Shown here: piece after piece, positions 25,390 through 32,970 of the stretch
Layout of the letters: the number at the start of each line of letters is the position of its first letter
Position numbering within the stretch: the first letter of the stretch is position 1
Origin: a virus
Lineage: Duplodnaviria > Caudoviricetes
Reading direction: 5' to 3' (one strand)
Length of the DNA: 32,970 bases
Virus record (IMG/VR): IMGVR_UViG_3300020365_000066
Coordinates: 1 to 32,970 of that record
Program-made: the position numbers and the translations under genes
The notes under the pieces: generated by a model
What the model was told of the DNA's origin: nothing
Databases searched by the model: none
Seen by the model: only the letters and a program-made list of their open reading frames with translations

Positions 25390-25914
25390 ATGCAAATATT
25401 CGATAACTTTCTAAAACCTGAAGAGCATGAAAAACTGCAGTCTTACATGATTGCTGGTCCATTACCATGGATTCTATGTAAGAAAGCAGGAGATGATGAC
25501 TCTATGATGAATTATCAGTTCATTCATCCATTTTTCAGGCAAGAGAGTCAATATCATTATGACATGACAAAATCTCCACACTTTGACACAATTACACCAA
25601 TTCTAGACAACCTAAATATTCTCGCTTTGCATCGAGTGAAGGCAAATCTAGAACCAATCAAACCAGAAAGATATTACAGTGATTTTCATCATGACTATAG
25701 AGGTAGTGATGGAAAACCCAGTAAGAAAATGACAACTGGCATATATTATGTCAATAGTAACGATGGTTATACTGAGTTTGAGGATGGTAAAACTGTCAAC
25801 TCCATTGCAAATAGGATGATTTTGTTTAGATCTGACAGACTTCACAGAGGAGTTAGTCAACTGGACGCTCAGGTCAGATGTGTGATAAACTTCAACTTCT
25901 TTATGGGGAATTAG
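25390..25914 (+). CDS. 2OG-Fe(II) oxygenase
   Basis: IFDNFL, HHD (HxD), TTGIYYVN, NRMILF...HRG, RCVINFNF. Confidence 0.85.
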   Translation: MQIFDNFLKPEEHEKLQSYMIAGPLPWILCKKAGDDDSMMNYQFIHPFFRQESQYHYDMTKSPHFDTITPILDNLNILALHRVKANLEPIKPERYYSDFHHDYRGSDGKPSKKMTTGIYYVNSNDGYTEFEDGKTVNSIANRMILFRSDRLHRGVSQLDAQVRCVINFNFFMGN

Positions 25915-25977
25915 CTCAGTTGGTAGAGCGCCTGCTTTGCAAGCAGGATGTCAGGAGTTCGAGTCTCCTATTCTCCA
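25905..25977 (+). tRNA. tRNA-Ala(TGC)
   Basis: GGGGAAT/ATTCTCC with G3.U70, CCTGC-TTTGCAA-GCAGG, GTTCGAGT; CCA not encoded. Confidence 0.95.
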
Positions 25978-25988
25978 TTTAATAGTGG

Positions 25989-25996
25989 TATAAATA
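25989..25996 (+). promoter_or_regulatory. T4-type late promoter
   Basis: TATAAATA upstream of the giant structural gene. Confidence 0.7.
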
Positions 25997-26037
25997 ATCG
26001 AAGATCGGATCTTATACCTCAGCAGGTTAGGAAAAAT

Positions 26038-29000
26038 ATGGCTTTGACAAGACTTGATAATCTTATCAGCTCTAAGACTGGTAAGTATCTTTATGTCTCA
26101 CCTGACGACTTTAACGCGACAGATGAGCTGAATAATAGAGGCAACTCGCCCATCAGACCCTTCAAGTCGATTCAGCGTGCATTCTTAGAAATTGCCAGGT
26201 ACTCATACTTACCTGGACCAGACAATGATAGGTTTGACCAGTTCACCATCATGTTGATGCCTGGTAACCACTACATTGATAACCGCCCTGGTATTGTAGA
26301 TACGAATGGCATCGATCCTTTCGCCTTTGATCAGGCGATGAATCTGTGGACCGATAATTCTAACTTAGATATCTCGGACCCTAACAATGTTCTCTATCTT
26401 TTCAACAACACCGAGGGTGGCGCTATTCTTCCTCGTGGTTCATCTCTGGTTGGTTACGATCTGCGCCGTACTGTTGTTCGCCCCCTCTATGTTCCTGACC
26501 CTGCTGACAGGCTAGAGAAAAGATCTGCTATCTTTAATGTAACAGGTGCTTGCTACTTCTGGCAGTTTACTATTAAGGATGGTGACTTAGAACCATCTTC
26601 CCCACTATTTGATCAGAATGATGGTATTGGTAAAGTATACTATCAGAATGGTTATTGGGACCAGAAAGCAGTTCCTAACTACTCTCACCACAAACTAACT
26701 GTATTTGAATATGCAGACAAAGAAGAACTAGGTCTGTATTATCAAAAGATTGCTAAGGCATTCTCACAATATCAACCAACTATTGATGATCCTCGTGAAT
26801 TCAGCGAGAGAATTGAGGAGAACAGAATTGTTGGACCTCTGTCTGACTTCCGTTCTATTGAGAGCATCAAACTAACAGACTCCAGTCCTGCTGGTACTAT
26901 TAGTGTCGAAGTTACTTCTAAAGTCAACCACGGTTACTTTAAGAACCAGTTTGTTGCTATTGAAAACAATGGTCTTGATGATCAACTCAACGGTGCCTTC
27001 TCTATCAGTGAGATTGACCTAGTTGACCAGCGTAAGTTTACTTACAAAATTCCTGGAACTGTTGCTGCACTAGGAACCAGTGTTAATCTTGTAAGTGGTA
27101 CAACATACACAGCACAGAATGGTTTAAGTTCTAATGCTATCGTCAAGGCAGAAGTTGACTCTGTTGAGTCTGCATCTCCATATGTCTTCAACTGCTCCAT
27201 CCGATCTACCTGGGGTATTTGTGGTATCTGGGCAAATGGTCTGAAGGCGACTGGATTTAAGTCGATGGTTATCGCGCAGTACACGGGTGTGTCACTGCAG
27301 AAAGACGATAGAGCATTCATTCGTTATGACGAATACTCTAACACATTCAACCAAGCATCTCTAGCAGATGCTTTTGCAACCACTCCATATCATACAAAGG
27401 GTGATGCATTCTGGAAAGATGATTGGAGAAACTTCCATGTTCGTGCATCCGAAGATGCATTCATCCAGAACGTTTCTATCTTCGCTGTTGGTTTCGCTGA
27501 TCACTTCCTAATGGAAAGTGGTGGTGACATGTCGATCACCAACTCCAACTCTAACTTTGGTAACACCTCACTGCACGCAATTGGTCATAAAGGATTTGCG
27601 TTCAGTCAGGACAAAGGTGGTTATGTTACAGACATTATTCCACCAAAGGTTGTTGATACAACTTCTGGCAACATCAAGCGTTCTGCTTACTACACTCTTG
27701 ATGTACCTGCAACTAAGAACCAGAACACAGCAACTGATCAAACCAAGATCTACCTTGGTGATGATGAAGGATACAATCCTAGAATTCGTCCTGCTGCATC
27801 TATTGATGGTTTCCGTCTAGGTGCTAGAAGTGATGAAAAACTATTTGTTAAACTGATTCCTAGAACTGCTGGTGGCAGCAATATCTTCAATGCAACTCTG
27901 TCTCCAAATGGATTCAAGAAGTTTACTGCATCTGCGGATATTCTCAATCCTTCTGGCATCACTATTAACCATAAGAATCTAGATGCTGCTGATAGAATTG
28001 AAGATAACAAACTCTTCATTGCAGAAGAAGCATATGGTTATATTACTAACAAGTATCCATACCTGTTAGATAAGCAAGGCATTACTATTGAGAAGTGCCG
28101 TCGTGACATCGGTTATCTAATCGATGCTACTGTACAAGACTTGAGACTTGGTGGTAACATCAACACCATTCAAGCAGCAGAGTCTTACTATGTTGGTAAC
28201 AGTCTGTCTTACATCATTGGTGAGCTGACAGAAACTCTAGAGGGTTATGACTACGCTAGAGACCTAGCAATCGCAGCAATGCGTAACTTCTCCTACTTGC
28301 GTACAGGAGCAGCTACATCAGGTGGTACTGCTATTGTTGACATCGGTGATACATCTGGTGTCGTTCAGGGTATGCGTGTCGCAGACTATGACCCATCAGA
28401 GTTTACTGATGGTAAGCTCAACAATGGTGCAACTCGTCCTGCATCTCCAGTTATTCCTGATGACACATATGTTAAGCGTGTCATTAGTTCTACTGAGATT
28501 GAACTTGGACAGAAAGCAACCTATTCTACTAAGAAACTAGTTGGCGACCGTAATGGTGATGCTCGCAACTTGATTCTAGCAAACAAGAACTTCATTGCTA
28601 ATGAAGCATATGACCGCATGGTTCTTGACTTCCCTGGATTTGTTACTCCTACTGGTAATCCACAGGACTGTAAGGATGACATCGTAGATGTTGTTGAAGC
28701 TGTTGCTGAGAACCTTGCTTATGGTGGTAACGATGAAGTATGGGATGCAGCATATCTGTATGAATCTGGAGCACATGTTGCTGGTGAAGAAGCTCAGACT
28801 GTCAAGGCATTCGAGTATGCACGCGACATGGCAATTCAGGTCATGCGTAATGAGGATGTATTCATCTTTGGCACGCATGGTCTAACTCAGACTAAGGATA
28901 CATCTATCACTTATGTTGCACCAGAACTGGTACAAGACCGTAATGGTGACGCTCGTGATCTAATTCTTGCTAACAAGAACTTGATTGCTAATGAAGCAGT

Positions 29001-32000
29001 CGAGAGAATGCTTGCTAAGTATCCTACATTCACTGTTGCTGGTGGTAACCAGAACTGTATTGATGATGTTGTGGATCTGCTAGAAGCAGTTGGAGACAAC
29101 ACTGCATATGGTGGCAATGATAAAACATGGGATGCAGCATATTCTTATGTCAAGGGAGCACATGTAAGTGGTGAAGAACTAGAGACACTCTATGTGTTTG
29201 AACAAGCAAAGATCATGGCAGCTCAGGTAATGAGGAACCAGAAGGTTCTAATTACTGGTGCTCATGGTCTATCTCAGACATTTGACTCTACTATTACATA
29301 CAATGCACCTGATTCTGTAACAGATCGTGGTGGTGATGCTCGCAACTTGATTCTTGCTAACAAGACAATGATTGCGAACGAGGCATACGCTCGTATGATC
29401 GCAAACAATCCTAGTTTTGTTCCTCCTACTGGTAACACTCAGGACTGTGTTGATGACATTGCAGATCTAGTAGAAGAAGTTGCATACAACACTGCATTTG
29501 GTGGTAACGATAGAGTATGGGAAGTTGCTGATCTATATCTAACTGGCGCTCATGTTGCTGGTGAAGAATCTCAGACTATCGAAGCATTTAATCATGCCCG
29601 TGACATCATGGTAGATGTCATGAGAAACCAGAAGGTTCTCTTGATTGGTGCTGGTGGTTCTAACCGCGCAGCTGATGCTAAGAACTTGATGATTTCTAAC
29701 AGAAATCTGATTGCTGCTGAGGCATATGCAAGAATGCTTGCAGAAAATCCTGGTTTCACTACACCAACTGGTGACCCACAAGATTGTATTGATGACATTG
29801 TAGATTTCGTTAATGAGATTTCTTACAATGTGGCATACGGTGGTAATGATAAGACTTGGGACATGGCAAACCTGTATGTTCAGGGTGCTCATGTTGCTGG
29901 TGAAGAAGCTCAGACTGTTAAAGCATTTGAATTTGCTCTCAGTCTAATGACTATGGCAATGAGGAATGAGGAGATTCTAATCCTTGGAACTCATGGTTTC
30001 ACTCAGGTGTATGATACTTCTATCACTGTCAACCCTGCAACTCCTATCAACAATAAAGCAGGTGATGCTCGTAATCTAGTTCTATCAAACAAAGATTTCA
30101 TTGCAGAGATTGCACTGGGCAGAATGCTCGCTCAGTATCCTTCATTCAATGTTCCTACTGGAAACAATAATGACTGCCTAGATGACATCAAAGATGTTAT
30201 CGATGTTGTTGCACATAACCTAGCATACGGTGGCAACGACAGAACATGGGATGCTGCTAACTACTACGCAACTGGTGCTCATGTAACTGGTGAAGAAACT
30301 GAGACTATCTACGCTTTCAACCAAGCGAGAGATATGATGATTCAGGCAATGCGTAATGAGACTATCACTGTTGGTGGTCACACAGGTCTGACTCAGGTAA
30401 TTGACAGTTCAATCACAACTGATACTAACTCTCCTCGCTGTGCAAATGAGGCTGCTAGTATCACTACCCTAGTCAATATTCTTACATCTAGTATTACAAG
30501 TCAGGGCACTTACCTATACAATGTAACACGCACTAACTCTGTCAGCTCTTGTGATGACATCCAGTCTAGTATTGCTACTCTTGGACAGATTGTAGTTGAT
30601 GCTGTCACTACACCATCTAGTCTAGGTAGTGTAACTAAGACTGCATCACAGTACAGACATGGTTACACTCAGTCATTTGATAATACTATTACATATGATC
30701 TACCAGATCCACTCGTAGATCGTAATGGTGACGCTCGTAATCTAATCGTTGCTAACAAGTCATTCATTGCAAACGAAGCATATGCAAGAATGCTTGCAGA
30801 GAACCCTGGATTCACAACTCCTACTGGTGATCCACAGGACTGCATCGATGACATCATTGACTTTGCAGAAGAGATCTCTTACAACCTAGCATTTGGTGGT
30901 AACGATCGTACATGGGATATGTCCAATCTCTATGTCACTGGCGCTCATGTTGTCGGTGAAGAGAGTGAAACTGTACAGGCATTTGAGTATGCTCGTGACC
31001 TAATGATTCAGGTGATGAGAAACGAGGATGTTCTAGTCACTGGTTCACATGGTCTATCTCAGACTAAGGACACCACGATCACATACAACGAACCAACTCC
31101 TGTTAACAATAAGTTAGCTGACGCTAAGAATCTAATTCTTGCTAACACCAACTTCATTGCAGAGATTGCGTTCGGTAGAATGCAGGCAAACAATGCTGGT
31201 TTCGCTGTTCCAACTAACAACAATGCAGACTGCATTGATGATATCAAAGACATCATTAAAGTTGTTGCACACAACCTAGCATTTGGTGGTAATGATCGTA
31301 CATGGGATGCCGCAAATCTATATGCAACTGGTGCTCATGTAGCAGGCGAAGAGACTGAAACCATTGAAGCATTCAACGAAGCTCGTGACATCATGATTCA
31401 GGTCATGAGAAATGAAGATGTAACCGTTGGTGGTCACACATCTCTAACTCAGACTAAGGATCTAACTATCACTGTTGATCAGGCAAGTCCAACATGTCAG
31501 CAGGCAGAAGCATCTATCACATCGCTAGTTCTTCTACTTACTAATACAATCACCACTGGATCTTCACTCTATGCTATCCCTAGAACATTCTCTCAGGGAC
31601 CATGTGATGATGTAAGATCTGCTATCACTACACTTGCTGATATTCCTATCAATGCAGTAACAACTCCAGCATCTCTTGCTGGTGTAACTAGAACTGTTTC
31701 TGCTGGTTCTTGTGAAGATGTAAGATCTTCCATCACCACACTGACTCAGATTGTAACTGATACTATCGCAGGTAACATCACACTATATGATCTTGCGAAG
31801 ACTGCATCTGTTGGATCATGTGAAGACACCAGAGTTACTATCAACACTCTATTCAAGATTGTAGAAGATGCTATTGCAACTCCTACTTCTCTAAGCAGTG
31901 TACCTAGAACTATCTCTAACGGTTCTTGTCAGGACATTGCATCTGGTATCACTACGCTGTTCAAACTCGTCACTGATACTATTGAGAACCCTGGATATAT

Positions 32001-32970
32001 TGACAGTGTTGCTAGAAATCCAGTTCCTCTGGGTCTAGAATTCGGTCCTTCTATCAATGCAAACAGCACTAGCACCAATGCTTATCTGTATTTCACACTA
32101 GATGCTGGTGTATACAGTAGCACTACACCTACAACTGACGAGACAATTACTCAGCATACCACATATCCTGAGTGTGTTGATCAAGCAGCTACTATTCGTC
32201 AGTATTTTGCAAACATCTCTACTATCATTCAGACTGGACTAGCATCTGTTGCTCGTACTGAACCATCACAGTTAACTACAGAACTTGCTGCTAGAGCAAC
32301 TGTATGGACTCTGGATAACAATGGATCTAATCCACATAACCTAGAGACTGGTACTCCTGTAAGACTTGTACCTCGTCCACGATATGATACTGTAACTAAT
32401 CAGTATGTCGATGTTGACAAGCGTCTTGTCAGACTACCAAATGGTTTTGAAACTAACGAACTGTACTATGTAATTGCTCCTGGCAGAAAGACTAGACCAG
32501 AAGATTACTCTAATATCGGTGCGTTTGATGGTTCAGATCAAACTAAGATCATGCTCGCAAGCAGCAAAGAGAATGCTGCTGCTGGTATCTACATTCACTC
32601 TGCTGAGGTTGAGGATATTCATCCTGATGTTGAGATTGACATCTACAACTTTGTTCTTGATGATAGATATGATCTACACCAGTATAAGTGTGAACTGGAT
32701 GGAGTCAGCAACACTAACATCAGAACAGATGTACCACACATCTTTGATGTACCATTCCCCAACATCACTGGTCACACAGTATTCTTCAAACCAAATGAAG
32801 GTGGTGACCTGCCACTAGTAGGTTCTGCATATGCATCTGATCCTACTGTTGCTGATAGCAATGGTAGACTCCGTGACAATGTATACTTCTTTGCTCGTTA
32901 TATTAACGCAAAGGTATTCACCATCTATAAGACTAAGGCAGATGCTGAGGGTGGTGTAAATGAAATCACA
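26038..32970 (+). CDS. Giant virion structural/tail-appendage protein, partial (at least 2311 codons, runs off the window)
   Basis: MALTRLDNL...YLYVSPDD.NATD...RPFKSIQRA start typical of cyanophage giant structural proteins; frame open wherever spot-translated, including the last line; AGGA SD; late promoter. Confidence 0.88.
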   Translation, partial: MALTRLDNLISSKTGKYLYVSPDDFNATDELNNRGNSPIRPFKSIQRAFLEIARYSYLPGPDNDRFDQFTIMLMPGNHYIDNRPGIVDTNGIDPFAFDQAMNLWTDNSNLDISDPNNVLYLFNNTEGGAILPRGSSLVGYDLRRTVVRPLYVPDPADRLEKRSAIFNVTGACYFWQFTIKDGDLEPSSPLFDQNDGIGKVYYQNGYWDQKAVPNYSHHKLTVFEYADKEELGLYYQKIAKAFSQYQPTIDDPREFSERIEENRIVGPLSDFRSIESIKLTDSSPAGTISVEVTSKVNHGYFKNQFVAIENNGLDDQLNGAFSISEIDLVDQRKFTYKIPGTVAALGTSVNLVSGTTYTAQNGLSSNAIVKAEVDSVESASPYVFNCSIRSTWGICGIWANGLKATGFKSMVIAQYTGVSLQKDDRAFIRYDEYSNTFNQASLADAFATTPYHTKGDAFWKDDWRNFHVRASEDAFIQNVSIFAVGFADHFLMESGGDMSITNSNSNFGNTSLHAIGHKGFAFSQDKGGYVTDIIPPKVVDTTSGNIKRSAYYTLDVPATKNQNTATDQTKIYLGDDEGYNPRIRPAASIDGFRLGARSDEKLFVKLIPRTAGGSNIFNATLSPNGFKKFTASADILNPSGITINHKNLDAADRIEDNKLFIAEEAYGYITNKYPYLLDKQGITIEKCRRDIGYLIDATVQDLRLGGNINTIQAAESYYVGNSLSYIIGELTETLEGYDYARDLAIAAMRNFSYLRTGAATSGGTAIVDIGDTSGVVQGMRVADYDPSEFTDGKLNNGATRPASPVIPDDTYVKRVISSTEIELGQKATYSTKKLVGDRNGDARNLILANKNFIANEAYDRMVLDFPGFVTPTGNPQDCKDDIVDVVEAVAENLAYGGNDEVWDAAYLYESGAHVAGEEAQTVKAFEYARDMAIQVMRNEDVFIFGTHGLTQTKDTSITYVAPELVQDRNGDARDLILANKNLIANEAVERMLAKYPTFTVAGGNQNCIDDVVDLLEAVGDNTAYGGNDKTWDAAYSYVKGAHVSGEELETLYVFEQAKIMAAQVMRNQKVLITGAHGLSQTFDSTITYNAPDSVTDRGGDARNLILANKTMIANEAYARMIANNPSFVPPTGNTQDCVDDIADLVEEVAYNTAFGGNDRVWEVADLYLTGAHVAGEESQTIEAFNHARDIMVDVMRNQKVLLIGAGGSNRAADAKNLMISNRNLIAAEAYARMLAENPGFTTPTGDPQDCIDDIVDFVNEISYNVAYGGNDKTWDMANLYVQGAHVAGEEAQTVKAFEFALSLMTMAMRNEEILILGTHGFTQVYDTSITVNPATPINNKAGDARNLVLSNKDFIAEIALGRMLAQYPSFNVPTGNNNDCLDDIKDVIDVVAHNLAYGGNDRTWDAANYYATGAHVTGEETETIYAFNQARDMMIQAMRNETITVGGHTGLTQVIDSSITTDTNSPRCANEAASITTLVNILTSSITSQGTYLYNVTRTNSVSSCDDIQSSIATLGQIVVDAVTTPSSLGSVTKTASQYRHGYTQSFDNTITYDLPDPLVDRNGDARNLIVANKSFIANEAYARMLAENPGFTTPTGDPQDCIDDIIDFAEEISYNLAFGGNDRTWDMSNLYVTGAHVVGEESETVQAFEYARDLMIQVMRNEDVLVTGSHGLSQTKDTTITYNEPTPVNNKLADAKNLILANTNFIAEIAFGRMQANNAGFAVPTNNNADCIDDIKDIIKVVAHNLAFGGNDRTWDAANLYATGAHVAGEETETIEAFNEARDIMIQVMRNEDVTVGGHTSLTQTKDLTITVDQASPTCQQAEASITSLVLLLTNTITTGSSLYAIPRTFSQGPCDDVRSAITTLADIPINAVTTPASLAGVTRTVSAGSCEDVRSSITTLTQIVTDTIAGNITLYDLAKTASVGSCEDTRVTINTLFKIVEDAIATPTSLSSVPRTISNGSCQDIASGITTLFKLVTDTIENPGYIDSVARNPVPLGLEFGPSINANSTSTNAYLYFTLDAGVYSSTTPTTDETITQHTTYPECVDQAATIRQYFANISTIIQTGLASVARTEPSQLTTELAARATVWTLDNNGSNPHNLETGTPVRLVPRPRYDTVTNQYVDVDKRLVRLPNGFETNELYYVIAPGRKTRPEDYSNIGAFDGSDQTKIMLASSKENAAAGIYIHSAEVEDIHPDVEIDIYNFVLDDRYDLHQYKCELDGVSNTNIRTDVPHIFDVPFPNITGHTVFFKPNEGGDLPLVGSAYASDPTVADSNGRLRDNVYFFARYINAKVFTIYKTKADAEGGVNEIT
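27979..32240 (+). repeat. Intragenic nested helical repeat array (8 opening units, 8 closing helices)
   Basis: DA.NLILANK.FIA.EA...DC.DDI...GGND..W units and C.D..S.ITTL units; see finding. Confidence 0.85.

Noticed and set aside
28549-31950. Repeats as a CRISPR array or diversity-generating retroelement TR/VR pair
   Set aside because: They are in-frame protein repeats differing largely at synonymous sites; no adenine-specific pattern was noticed and no reverse transcriptase or cas genes are present.
27042-32818. Short ORFs listed in the last 6 kb
   Set aside because: All lie within the giant ORF starting at 26038, which the track missed for lack of a stop codon.

Overview
This is a 33 kb window of a T4-like marine cyanophage (cyanomyovirus); the host is most likely a picocyanobacterium such as Synechococcus. 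From left to right: (1) a small-gene island with a 2OG-Fe(II) oxygenase, then a sigma70 promoter with an NtcA-type box, two interlocked glutamine-riboswitch-like elements that each enclose a whole small ORF, and two DUF4278-like peptides; (2) thyX, phoH, an exonuclease, gp33 and gp32; (3) an inverted gp53-gp48-gp2-gp4 block; (4) a tail/baseplate block with a tail-tube-like gene, gp26 and gp51 joined by a candidate -1 frameshift, two paralogous tape-measure-like proteins, a hub protein, CP12 and a split gp5; (5) an accessory block with an outer-membrane beta-barrel-like gene, a glutaredoxin-like gene, two cpeT-like genes, an oxygenase, three tRNAs and a permuted two-piece tmRNA, where each tRNA supplies the stop codon of the gene upstream; (6) the first ~2310 codons of a giant virion protein with nested, branched helical repeats, absent from the ORF track because it has no stop in the window. 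All family assignments come from motif recognition by eye; no searches were run.
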